Origin: a virus
Lineage: Duplodnaviria; Heunggongvirae; Uroviricota; Caudoviricetes
DNA length: 64,000 nt
Virus record (IMG/VR): IMGVR_UViG_3300023314_000004
Span: 1 to 64,000 of that record
Direction: 5' to 3' (one strand)
Shown: in pieces, positions 37,670 through 45,712 of the stretch
How positions within the stretch are numbered: the stretch's first letter is position 1
Layout of the letters: every line of letters begins with the position of its first letter
Notes under the pieces: generated by a model
Seen by the model: the letters and a program-made list of their open reading frames with translations, nothing else
The model's database searches: none
Told to the model about the DNA's origin: nothing
Translations under genes and position numbers: made by a program

Positions 37670-38461
37670 TTAATTTTTGGCCTTAAATAATAAATCTACT
37701 ATATTTCTTTCAAGTTGAGAGTACAACATACCATCACCTTTTGTATTTCCATTAATACAAGTATATTTTCTAACATCATGGTCAAATAATAAATCAGCTA
37801 ATGCCTTCAATGCCTCTTCTTTTGTATTTATTCCTACTCTTGTAATAATTATTTCATTACCACGAAGTTTAGGTATTTTTTCATCAATAACATTACCACA
37901 TTCTTCAGGATGAGCACAATGTCTAATTCCCCCACCTAACTTATTACAACCTATACAATAATGAATTTCATCGTACTCAATCATAATGTCCACTATGGGT
38001 TCCGATTTATTATAAGCTGCTATGTATGCTTCAATAAATGCTTTACTTACTGTTGGATATAAAACAGGAGTATTTACTCTTTGCCTATTAGCCTGCATTT
38101 GGGAAAGAATTCCACGATGTAATGAAGTATCTGTAGAAGCTATTATTTTAACTAGATTGCTTAATTTTAAATCTCCACAGCCACTTTGTTTACCTTGTTC
38201 ATCGTAATTTCTACAAAAAGCATAATCTTCTTTTTTTATAATTTTTGTACAATGAATTACACCTTTACCATACTCATTATAAACCCAATCACCTTCTTTT
38301 ATCTCTTCTGTAGAGCATATATAAAGATGTTGTCCAACAGATGTATCGTTTACAATTTGTAGTTCATTTAATTTATATAGTGAATGCCCTAATTTATAAA
38401 AACATGTGCTTGATTTAGTAGGAAGCATTACTACTTTGCAAGGTTCTTTTAAACTACTCAT
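37670..38461 (-). CDS. hypothetical Cys-rich protein
   Basis: 263 aa. Multiple Cys/His (…CIGCNKLGGGIRHCAHPEECG…), suggestive of metal binding. Confidence 0.45.
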   Translation of the reverse strand: MSSLKEPCKVVMLPTKSSTCFYKLGHSLYKLNELQIVNDTSVGQHLYICSTEEIKEGDWVYNEYGKGVIHCTKIIKKEDYAFCRNYDEQGKQSGCGDLKLSNLVKIIASTDTSLHRGILSQMQANRQRVNTPVLYPTVSKAFIEAYIAAYNKSEPIVDIMIEYDEIHYCIGCNKLGGGIRHCAHPEECGNVIDEKIPKLRGNEIIITRVGINTKEEALKALADLLFDHDVRKYTCINGNTKGDGMLYSQLERNIVDLLFKAKN

Positions 38462-38487
38462 CGTATTTGTTTTTAAGAGATTAATAT

Positions 38488-38688
38488 TTAAGCTATTTGT
38501 GTTTGTTGTAATTCATTTAATGGAATGTGTAAATCCATTGTTAAATTAAGAGGAGTGGTGTAATATTGTCCTTGAGATGTAATATACATTAGTGGAACTA
38601 AGCTCCATCCTTTTAGGAAATATTCTCCTTCATTTGATTTAAATATAATGTTGTACATAATTTTACCATTTTCTTCTATGTTTATCAA
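38488..38688 (-). CDS. hypothetical small protein
   Basis: 66-aa ORF. Confidence 0.3.
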   Translation of the reverse strand: MINIEENGKIMYNIIFKSNEGEYFLKGWSLVPLMYITSQGQYYTTPLNLTMDLHIPLNELQQTQIA

Positions 38689-38965
38689 TTGCTGTTCCTA
38701 TCCAATTACCATTTGAGAGTTTGCTACCATCTTTTTTCATATAAACGTGACCGTCTCCAAACATAAATGTTGCCCAAGTATCTTTATATTCTTCAGTTTT
38801 TTCTTTAATGCCCAATAATTTTTGAAACCATGTAGGACTAAAAGTTACTTTAAATATATTTCCATCTTGCTCAATATTTGTAATTGCCATTGAGAATGGA
38901 GAGATTAGTAATATTAAAATAATTAATACTACTAAAATAATAAGAATCCATATTGCTATATTCAT
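38663..38965 (-). CDS. small membrane protein
   Basis: 100 aa. N-terminal TM MNIAIWILIILVVLIILILLISPF. Confidence 0.4.
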   Translation of the reverse strand: MNIAIWILIILVVLIILILLISPFSMAITNIEQDGNIFKVTFSPTWFQKLLGIKEKTEEYKDTWATFMFGDGHVYMKKDGSKLSNGNWIGTAIDKHRRKW

Positions 38966-39173
38966 AAAAATAAGTTTAAGGAGCTAAATTAATAGCTCCT
39001 GTTAATAAATTGTTCAGTCATGGCTTGTGCCTTCGTAAAAGACATTACTATTTAGTATGTCTTGAGATAGAATTGTTTTAATCATTGTTTTAGTTTTTGA
39101 TTAGATTGCTTATAGGGAATGAATAAAAAAGCCCTCAATTAAGAAGGCTGTATTTCTGAATAACCATTTTCTG

Positions 39174-39380
39174 TTATCTGGAACATTTTATTTGTAATTT
39201 TTTAAGTTTAATTAATAAATTAATAGTTTTGTCCATAGTTTTTAAGCTATCTTCAGGATGTTTACGATGATAAACAAGTAATTTACAACTTTGTTCATAT
39301 AATCTTTCTGCTTGTCTTTCACATTTAGTTGTTTTACAACTAATACAGAAAATAACAGCGAATAATAAGAAAATTTTCAT
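39174..39380 (-). CDS. small secreted/lipoprotein-like protein
   Basis: 68 aa. Signal peptide MKIFLLFAVIFCISC. Confidence 0.4.
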   Translation of the reverse strand: MKIFLLFAVIFCISCKTTKCERQAERLYEQSCKLLVYHRKHPEDSLKTMDKTINLLIKLKKLQIKCSR

Positions 39381-39536
39381 GATTTTAATTTTTTAGGTTT
39401 ATATATTTTTATTTTCCTTTTTCTGAATAATTTACAGGTGTGTCTAAATCTCCTTCTTCTAAAGGATCTGCTAAACTCTATAGTCCATAAAGCTTCTAAT
39501 CCTGTAAAAAATAAATAATTAGACTTAATATTCATA

Positions 39537-39905
39537 CTAATCTATTGTGGGTAATTGTTCAATTATTGGTATCACTGATTCAAAATGTCGTTTTTTATCA
39601 TGTTTATAACTGAAATCATTTTTAGTGTATAATATTCCTACAGTAGAAGGCCCTAAAAGATCTTCAAATGGTTCATATGATTTTAATTCCCCTTTAATTA
39701 CGCATTCTTCTCCATTACTAGAAATAGACCATTCAGGATGTATTTCTGCTAATACACCTAAACAACAGTGTTCTTTTTTATCATCTTCTCTCAATACGAC
39801 TTTACCTTGCCTATATTTACCAGATTTTAAGGCAGCTAGCCAATCTTCTTTTAGTTGTTTTGTTAACATAATTTTAATTTTTTGAGTAATAAAAGGTATA
39901 TTCAT
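39537..39905 (-). CDS. hypothetical protein
   Basis: 122-aa ORF. Confidence 0.45.
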   Translation of the reverse strand: MNIPFITQKIKIMLTKQLKEDWLAALKSGKYRQGKVVLREDDKKEHCCLGVLAEIHPEWSISSNGEECVIKGELKSYEPFEDLLGPSTVGILYTKNDFSYKHDKKRHFESVIPIIEQLPTID

Positions 39906-39935
39906 ATACCATGAATGTTGATGTAATCATAATTT

Positions 39936-40151
39936 TTAAAGATTATGTTTTAGTTTATATCTGGTTATAAATTCTTCGGGGAAAGAACTAGTCCAACCAC
40001 AATTAGGACATTTAAATTGTAAATCAGGAATTCTTTCAGCTCTAGGATTATTACATCCTAAAGGAGAATGAGATGGATGAGTGTTACCACAATATGGACG
40101 ATAATTAACATCATCCATTAGATTTTGTCTTACAATAGTTTCTTCAGTCAT
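39936..40151 (-). CDS. zinc-ribbon small protein
   Basis: 71 aa. CGN…C…CPNCG. Confidence 0.4.
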   Translation of the reverse strand: MTEETIVRQNLMDDVNYRPYCGNTHPSHSPLGCNNPRAERIPDLQFKCPNCGWTSSFPEEFITRYKLKHNL

Positions 40152-40336
40152 AAATTAGTATTTAAAGGGTAAAAATAAAATGACCATACTATTGCAATAG
40201 CAAGTGCGTATATTGCTAACCATACATCTAATGGCCTATTACGTATTTTATAGTCTATAAGAAAAGCAAAAAATACAAGCGTCATATAAATACATATAAT
40301 TAATAATATTTGCATATAATTAGTTTTTAACAGCAT
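40148..40336 (-). CDS. small membrane protein
   Basis: 62 aa, two hydrophobic helices. Confidence 0.35.
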   Translation of the reverse strand: MLLKTNYMQILLIICIYMTLVFFAFLIDYKIRNRPLDVWLAIYALAIAIVWSFYFYPLNTNL

Positions 40337-40572
40337 TTAGCTAAGTTGATTAAATCATTGTGTCTAACAAGATGATATTGAAATAAAATAGGTGTTTCTC
40401 CAGGTTTACTAGCTCTTTTAAAGCAGCTAATTGCATCTTGTTTAGTTTTACCTAAATATCTGCATCTTCCTGTTACTACTTCATATTGTAAAATAATATC
40501 ACCTTTTTGGTAATTATCAGTAAAATCTATCATAAATATTGTTTTAAAAATTAAATAAAAAAGAGTGTACAA
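40327..40572 (-). CDS. hypothetical protein
   Basis: 81-aa ORF. Confidence 0.4.
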   Translation of the reverse strand: MYTLFYLIFKTIFMIDFTDNYQKGDIILQYEVVTGRCRYLGKTKQDAISCFKRASKPGETPILFQYHLVRHNDLINLAKCC

Positions 40573-40589
40573 ATTACTTCATACACTCT
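40562..40589 (-). terminator. rho-independent terminator downstream of the tRNA
   Basis: Perfect 8-bp inverted repeat AGAGTGTA…TACACTCT with a 12-nt loop. On the minus strand it is followed directly by TTTTT. Confidence 0.5.
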
Positions 40590-40611
40590 TTACAAAATGA
40601 ACAGTTCTCGG

Positions 40612-40685
40612 TAGGAGTAATAGGATTTGAACCTATGACTTACATGGTATAAGCATGGTGTTCTACCAAGCTGAACTATACTCCC
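40612..40685 (-). tRNA. tRNA, anticodon UAU (tentatively tRNA-Ile reading AUA)
   Basis: Minus-strand sequence GGGAGTA-TA-GTTC-AGCTTGGTA-GAAC-A-CCATG-CTTATAC-CATGT-AAGTC-ATAGG-TTCAAAT-CCTAT-TACTCCT-A folds as a canonical cloverleaf: 7-bp acceptor stem with G1·U72, D stem GTTC/GAAC, T loop TTCAAAT, U33, purine 37. One C27·U43 mismatch. Followed by CC then G, so CCA is not fully encoded. Confidence 0.7.
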
Positions 40686-40692
40686 ATTTTAG

Positions 40693-41373
40693 TTAGATAT
40701 TGAAAATATTGCCTTGAGAAGAAAGTTTACCAAATTTGCCATCAGTTACTACAGATCCATTACTAAACATAGTTTTATAACCTGATAGGTCTAATGTACC
40801 AGCATTAATAATATCTTCACAATTATGTATATGACCAAAACACATAAGTTCAGGTTGTATATCCAACACTCTTCTTTTAAGAGATTGACAACCACACCTT
40901 TCATATACATTACCTTGAGGACTGTAAGAATGGTCTAATATTCCTTTTGGTGGTCCATGAGTTATGATAATATTTACATCCTCAGGTATTGTGGACCAAA
41001 CATTATGAGTTTTATCTCTGGCTTTATTAAAAGCCCATCCTTCCCCAAATGTAGGTGTAATAGGACTTCCCCATATTTTTAGTCCTTCTACGATAACATG
41101 ACTATTTTCTAGGTAAGTAATACCCATACTGGCTAATTCATGTTTAGTTATCATACCTCTCTCAAATGCAATATCGTGATTACCAGCTATTAATACCTTA
41201 TGCTTAATATTTAAGCTTTCTAACCAAGCAATAGCATCTCTACATTCATTATTAGAAATAACAGGAATTTTACTATTCCCTACATCTCCTGAATGTATGA
41301 GCATATCAACATCTTTAGGTATATTTAATAGTCCATGATAACCATGTGTATCTGAAATATGCCAGATTTTCAT
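40693..41373 (-). CDS. calcineurin-like metallophosphoesterase
   Basis: 226 aa. Motifs in order: DTHG (…HISDTHGY…), GD (…HSGDVGN…), GNHD (…IAGNHDI…), …ITHGPP…, …CFGHIHN…. Confidence 0.7.
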   Translation of the reverse strand: MKIWHISDTHGYHGLLNIPKDVDMLIHSGDVGNSKIPVISNNECRDAIAWLESLNIKHKVLIAGNHDIAFERGMITKHELASMGITYLENSHVIVEGLKIWGSPITPTFGEGWAFNKARDKTHNVWSTIPEDVNIIITHGPPKGILDHSYSPQGNVYERCGCQSLKRRVLDIQPELMCFGHIHNCEDIINAGTLDLSGYKTMFSNGSVVTDGKFGKLSSQGNIFNI

Positions 41374-41708
41374 AAGTTATAGTTTAATTTTAAATAATTA
41401 ATAAGGAGAGTGTCATTCTCTAACATTTGTTTATCTAATGGCTTACCTATTAGATGATTACGAATGTCAGTTTTAATAAACAATCTACCATTAAATACAC
41501 CTATTAATGATCCTTGAGGTCCATAGACAGGTTTATCTCCTGTTAATTTAACAGTATTTGGATAACAGATAGTACATTTTAAATTACCACATGTCCATTT
41601 TTTAATTATTAATGGTTTATGAGTGTGACAATTAGGTATAATACAATTTGTGTCTTGACCTATTCCTACTAATGGTAGAAATAGCATAAGAGTTAGTAAA
41701 TATTTCAT
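41370..41708 (-). CDS. small secreted protein
   Basis: 112 aa. Signal peptide MKYLLTLMLFLPLVGIGQ, several Cys. Confidence 0.45.
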   Translation of the reverse strand: MKYLLTLMLFLPLVGIGQDTNCIIPNCHTHKPLIIKKWTCGNLKCTICYPNTVKLTGDKPVYGPQGSLIGVFNGRLFIKTDIRNHLIGKPLDKQMLENDTLLINYLKLNYNL

Positions 41709-41803
41709 AAATGGATTTTTAGTCTAAATAATCTGTTTCATCCCCTCCAAAATACATAGAGAGAACCAATACTGCTATTAATATTATTAATACTGGCATA
41801 GTT

Positions 41804-42034
41804 TTAAGTTTTAGTGTAGTTGTAACAATAGTTTTGTGTATTTATTAGTCTACCTAGTAATTCATCTTCCTGAGCTATTTCGGTAGAAGTATGTTGACAA
41901 TTATAATCATTATTATCCCTCCAAGCATTATTATCTAAATCCTCAACTATCATTTCAGCTTCTTCTTTAGTATTAGCTTCAACAAATATATGTTGAGATG
42001 AGGTTTCTTTTTGTGTTATTTTATAAATGGGCAT
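41804..42034 (-). CDS. hypothetical protein
   Basis: 76-aa acidic ORF. Confidence 0.35.
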   Translation of the reverse strand: MPIYKITQKETSSQHIFVEANTKEEAEMIVEDLDNNAWRDNNDYNCQHTSTEIAQEDELLGRLINTQNYCYNYTKT

Positions 42035-42049
42035 AAAAATAATTTTAAA

Positions 42050-42307
42050 TTATAGATAGTGATTAACCTGATAAGCCTCATATGTATAGATATTAGGACT
42101 ATAATGTGGATAATTTTCATTTACAGCATAACCTACATGTTCTCCTGAAGTAGTTGATTTACAATCCCAACTCCATAACCCTTCTTCATCTCTAATAGGT
42201 AGAGAAGTTACTTCTGATCTAATTCCTAAGCCCATATCATATTCATATATAATATCACCTATTTTTAATTTATTGACTATTACGTCACCTTTTGTTAATA
42301 CATCCAT
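42050..42307 (-). CDS. hypothetical protein
   Basis: 85-aa ORF. Confidence 0.4.
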   Translation of the reverse strand: MDVLTKGDVIVNKLKIGDIIYEYDMGLGIRSEVTSLPIRDEEGLWSWDCKSTTSGEHVGYAVNENYPHYSPNIYTYEAYQVNHYL

Positions 42308-42318
42308 GATTTTAAATT

Positions 42319-42561
42319 TTAAATTCCTTCGTAATAGATTTCTAATAATTCATCTGCTAATACAGCAGCTGGATGAAAATGATTATAAATGGTGTGAATG
42401 ACACTATCTGAAGCTAAAATTAGCCAAATGTGCCATGTTTTCTTTGTATTATCATCAGAAAGAGACAATTGCCATTCTTTAGCCTTAGCTATTTTCTCTA
42501 ATTGGCTTAATTCCCTCCACCAATGTAAAGCATTTTGTCTTGATTGTAAGTTTAGGTCCAT
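42319..42561 (-). CDS. hypothetical protein
   Basis: 80-aa ORF. Confidence 0.4.
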   Translation of the reverse strand: MDLNLQSRQNALHWWRELSQLEKIAKAKEWQLSLSDDNTKKTWHIWLILASDSVIHTIYNHFHPAAVLADELLEIYYEGI

Positions 42562-42566
42562 AATAA

Positions 42567-42749
42567 TTAGTTATTAGGGTTAAAATCATAATTTTCAAAA
42601 ACTTTTTGAGCTATATCCTCATCAAAATCACCCGAGTCTTCATCTTCAGGATTAGCTTTAATAATATTTTCCTTAGAGAGGTTGTATAATACATCTCCCA
42701 AACTATCTTGAGATAGTATATAATTTCGTATTTGTTCTATTGTAAACAT
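42567..42749 (-). CDS. hypothetical small acidic protein
   Basis: 60-aa ORF. Confidence 0.3.
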   Translation of the reverse strand: MFTIEQIRNYILSQDSLGDVLYNLSKENIIKANPEDEDSGDFDEDIAQKVFENYDFNPNN

Positions 42750-42759
42750 GATAATGCTA

Positions 42760-43260
42760 TTAAATGTTAGAAAATTTAAATAATAATGGATTAATTCTAA
42801 TTACAGGAACTTGTTGTTTTTTAATATGAAAGGCATAATCATAGCAATTCTTAGTTCCTCCTGCTGATCCATCCCAAATAGCTAATAGAATATCACAATT
42901 GTCTGACATCCAGACATTACGAGCTTGCATACAACTATTAGTGTATGGTTTCTCACTAACATAATATTTAGTACATAGGGGATGATTAACTATTCTATTA
43001 TACCTATCCTGAGACTTTTTAGGCCACATTTTCTCTTGGTCTTTACAAGGAATGGCAGCTATAAATGGAATGTTATTAATAATAGCCATTTCAGCCCATA
43101 ACATATCCACTCCTAAAGCCATACCTGTAATAATTTGTGTAGGTTTATGGTCTTTAATTACTTCAGCCATTCTATCTCTAATGGCATCAGAATATTTACC
43201 TATTCCATCATATTCATTACCAAGTTTGTTAGGTCTATGACCTGTTACAGCTATTTTCAT
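42760..43260 (-). CDS. YpsA/DUF1273-like SLOG-superfamily (SMF/DprA-LOG) nucleotide-binding protein
   Basis: 166 aa. N-terminus MKIAVTGHRPNKLG… and …IITGMALGVDMLWAEMAI… fit the YpsA-type SLOG Rossmann pattern (AVTGhRP…G…G.D). Confidence 0.45.
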   Translation of the reverse strand: MKIAVTGHRPNKLGNEYDGIGKYSDAIRDRMAEVIKDHKPTQIITGMALGVDMLWAEMAIINNIPFIAAIPCKDQEKMWPKKSQDRYNRIVNHPLCTKYYVSEKPYTNSCMQARNVWMSDNCDILLAIWDGSAGGTKNCYDYAFHIKKQQVPVIRINPLLFKFSNI

Positions 43261-43266
43261 AATTAA

Positions 43267-43443
43267 ATTTTAAACTTCTTTATCAAATAATATTTGTATT
43301 TCTCTACCTGTTAAGGAATTAGGATCTCTATCAGGATAACCAGTGACATCCTCTTTATATTTCACTATCATAAACCACTGATTTTCAAATGATAATTTAT
43401 CCCACCATTCTATAGCAGATTGTCTTTGTTGTTGATAAGTGGT
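43267..43443 (-). CDS. possible small protein (58 aa, below the ORF-track cutoff)
   Basis: ATG at 43443, stop TAA at 43267-43269 (MTTYQQQRQSAIEWWDKLSFENQWFMIVKYKEDVTGYPDRDPNSLTGREIQILFDKEV). Starts 4 nt upstream of the SLOG gene. Confidence 0.25.
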
Positions 43444-43477
43444 CATAATTAATTGATTTAATGTGTTTTATAAAATA

Positions 43478-43660
43478 ATCCATTGTAAATTAGCACAGTT
43501 GCAACCTATTGTCGAACAATCGGTGTAGTGACTTATATACTACTTTAATAATTTACAATGGATTAAAATTTAGCACCCTTAGCATTACCTATTAGGGTCA
43601 CTGTAACTATTGTGGGTCTTTCGGGGTTTCTGTTAATTCCGAAGAACTTATAATGAGCCA
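43478..43660. repeat. repeat-rich noncoding region (inverted and direct repeats), candidate replication origin or regulatory element
   Basis: 13-bp inverted repeat TCCATTGTAAATT (43479-43491) / AATTTACAATGGA (43547-43559). Direct repeats AAATTAGCAC…ACCTATTG (43488-43515) and AAATTTAGCAC…ACCTATTAG (43560-43594). GTAGTGAC/GGTCACTG partial palindromes. No ORF of 60 aa or more that is co-oriented with its neighbours. Confidence 0.4.
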
Positions 43661-43899
43661 AACCCTTAGCTTTATTCATTATTTTACAGCTTCAACCATA
43701 ATTACATTGCTGAGGCTCATTCGTGTTGTGTACATGATATGGCTATATTTCTATAGTAAGTACATTCTATGTTCCACCACATTCCTTTCTCAAGGGAACA
43801 ACACGTTATACATCTCTGTATATATCTTTATGTTCTATTCCAGCTCCTAAGAGAGTATATAGATACAAGGGTAATTCAATGTTTAACCCAAATACAAAG

Positions 43900-44064
43900 T
43901 TACAAATTTATATCAGGATACCAAGATTTAAAACTATCTAAATCTGTAACATCCCAATCACTACCTAATGAAAACATCTTTTCAGTAGCTTCATCACTAT
44001 TCTCAAATATTTCCCATTCTGTAGGTGTATTACAAGTACGGAAATTGTTGTAAATGATAAACAT
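43900..44064 (-). CDS. possible small protein (54 aa, below the ORF-track cutoff)
   Basis: ATG 44064, stop 43900 (MFIIYNNFRTCNTPTEWEIFENSDEATEKMFSLGSDWDVTDLDSFKSWYPDINL). Co-oriented with the downstream minus-strand genes. Confidence 0.25.
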   Translation of the reverse strand: MFIIYNNFRTCNTPTEWEIFENSDEATEKMFSLGSDWDVTDLDSFKSWYPDINL

Positions 44065-44081
44065 GATTATTAATTTAAAGG

Positions 44082-44372
44082 TTACAAATCTAATTCTATT
44101 TCAAAGGAGAAATCTTCAACAGGAATCGAATTGTGAAACATTTGAACTACTTTATCACTTAAATACTTGTAATCCTTATTAAAAAGTGAAGTAAGTCTTT
44201 TATCACTTTCGTTTTGAACTATAGCAGCTCCAGTATCCCTAGCATTTATTCCAACTCTTTGTAAAGCTTTTGTAATAGCACATTTTGCAGGATTAAGATA
44301 GTTTGGTATATCCTCAGCTAGGATGTTTAATGTTATTTTCATGATTTTAAGTTTTAGATGTTTTATATTCAA
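44082..44372 (-). CDS. hypothetical protein
   Basis: 96-aa ORF. Confidence 0.4.
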   Translation of the reverse strand: MNIKHLKLKIMKITLNILAEDIPNYLNPAKCAITKALQRVGINARDTGAAIVQNESDKRLTSLFNKDYKYLSDKVVQMFHNSIPVEDFSFEIELDL

Positions 44373-44589
44373 ATTCTAATATTCCAAGATATAAATAAGC
44401 ACAAATACGATGTATACCATCAGCAATAGTGTAATAACTGTTTTTCGGTGGATATAATTCAATAATAGGCATAATATGTCCATTAGATATATCCTTAATC
44501 ATCTGAAGGGTAATAATATTATTTTGATAATGTAATATTACATCTTTTGTTAATCCTCCTCTATTAAGCTGAAAGAATGATATTTTCAT
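44347..44589 (-). CDS. hypothetical protein
   Basis: 80-aa ORF. Confidence 0.4.
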   Translation of the reverse strand: MKISFFQLNRGGLTKDVILHYQNNIITLQMIKDISNGHIMPIIELYPPKNSYYTIADGIHRICAYLYLGILEFEYKTSKT

Positions 44590-44822
44590 GTTATTGCTAT
44601 TTAAAGGGTGAAAATATTACTATTATATGCACTGTAAGAATAAAAATAGTCTAAGTGTACGACATTTAATCAGGACTCAACATCACTAGTATGAACGCAC
44701 ACTAGCAACTCCTCCCTTTAATATCTATTTATATTATAACCCGAAATATTATAATATTTTCCTGACCACTTAAACTATTTTAATTGATAACTAATTGATA
44801 CTATATGGACAGAAAGGCTAAA

Positions 44823-45008
44823 TTAAGAGCCTTTTCTAAAAGACATTTGTTCTTTTGTATCAGATATTAATTTTTGAATACCCTCAGTGTCATAACTCCA
44901 ACTACTATCTTCTTGTTTAGCTCTATTTAGAGCATCAAGCTTAGTTTCTAATAGATCTAAATAGTCTGATATATCTATTTGTACTCTATCGTTAATGTAA
45001 GTTGTCAT
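44823..45008 (-). CDS. hypothetical small protein (first gene of the minus-strand block)
   Basis: 61-aa acidic ORF. Confidence 0.35.
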   Translation of the reverse strand: MTTYINDRVQIDISDYLDLLETKLDALNRAKQEDSSWSYDTEGIQKLISDTKEQMSFRKGS

Positions 45009-45068
45009 AATATTAAGGTTTTATTGTTTTTAATGTTGTAAGGATAAATAGTTGTATATAATGAAGAA

Positions 45069-45485
45069 ATGAATTATATTTGTAGTATGAATACATTAAG
45101 ATCTATGGAAAGACAGCTTAAAAGAGAAGCTAAATTAGAATATAAAGCTAACACTAGAAATAGTTTCCCTAAAGGGACAAACCCTAAATATAAGCAATAT
45201 TACGTCAGTTCTAAGAAGAATGCACTAATATTTGAATTTGATGAACAAGAGTTTATTAATTATATAGAGGAAGAATGTTATTATTGTGGTAAGAGTAATT
45301 CTCAAGGGATAGATAAGATAGACCCTAAAGGCCATTATAAGAAAGATAATTGTGTACCATGTTGTAAGATGTGTAATACTATGAAGTTTATATACTCTAA
45401 GGAAGAGTTTCTAGCTCATGTAAACAGAATACATACACATAATGCTATGAAAGACAATACAACTATTATTTTGTCACCTCTTTAA
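45069..45485 (+). CDS. HNH-like endonuclease (possibly degenerate)
   Basis: 138 aa. CYYCG…GIDKIDPKGHYKKDNCVPCCKMCNTMK matches the CxxCG…D(H)I.P…N…C..CN..K HNH layout, but the usual His-Asp catalytic position reads Lys-Ile-Asp. Confidence 0.45.
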   Translation: MNYICSMNTLRSMERQLKREAKLEYKANTRNSFPKGTNPKYKQYYVSSKKNALIFEFDEQEFINYIEEECYYCGKSNSQGIDKIDPKGHYKKDNCVPCCKMCNTMKFIYSKEEFLAHVNRIHTHNAMKDNTTIILSPL

Positions 45486-45533
45486 TACATTCATCACACA
45501 TCATCTGTGTACACACCTCTTCTCTCATTTATT

Positions 45534-45585
45534 CGATAAATATTTATCGTTTATCAATAAATCCGTACAATTAATCAATTGATTA
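45534..45585. promoter_or_regulatory. two perfect palindromes in the early/late switch region (candidate operator sites)
   Basis: CGATAAATATTTATCG (45534-45549, 16 bp) and TAATCAATTGATTA (45572-45585, 14 bp), 22 bp apart. Flanking TTTATC direct repeats. Confidence 0.4.
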
Positions 45586-45679
45586 TCAATATATTACGTA
45601 TCTGTAACCAAAACAGAATAAGTTTGTTGGGAAATATATACCCACCCGTACAGAATGCATCTGATTGCCATCCCATATA

Positions 45680-45712
45680 CAAAAAGAAAGAGGAGTGAAC
45701 TTAATCACTCCC
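45680..45712 (-). terminator. rho-independent terminator of the minus-strand gene 45720..46103
   Basis: On the minus strand: stop codon, then GGAGTGA-TTAAGT-TCACTCC hairpin, then TCTTTCTTTTTG. Confidence 0.55.

Noticed and set aside
36115-37686. Plus-strand ORFs 36115..36504, 37215..37421 and 37282..37686, and minus-strand 37232..37414
   Set aside because: All overlap the better-supported minus-strand genes 35592..36446 and 36651..37637 (TM and P-loop motifs) in other frames. No independent support.
43653-44053. Plus-strand ORFs 43653..43850 and 43769..44053 in the gene-free repeat region
   Set aside because: Opposite to all neighbouring genes. Leu/Ile/Tyr-rich low-complexity products. Region better explained as noncoding; a minus-strand 54-aa ORF fits the 3' part.
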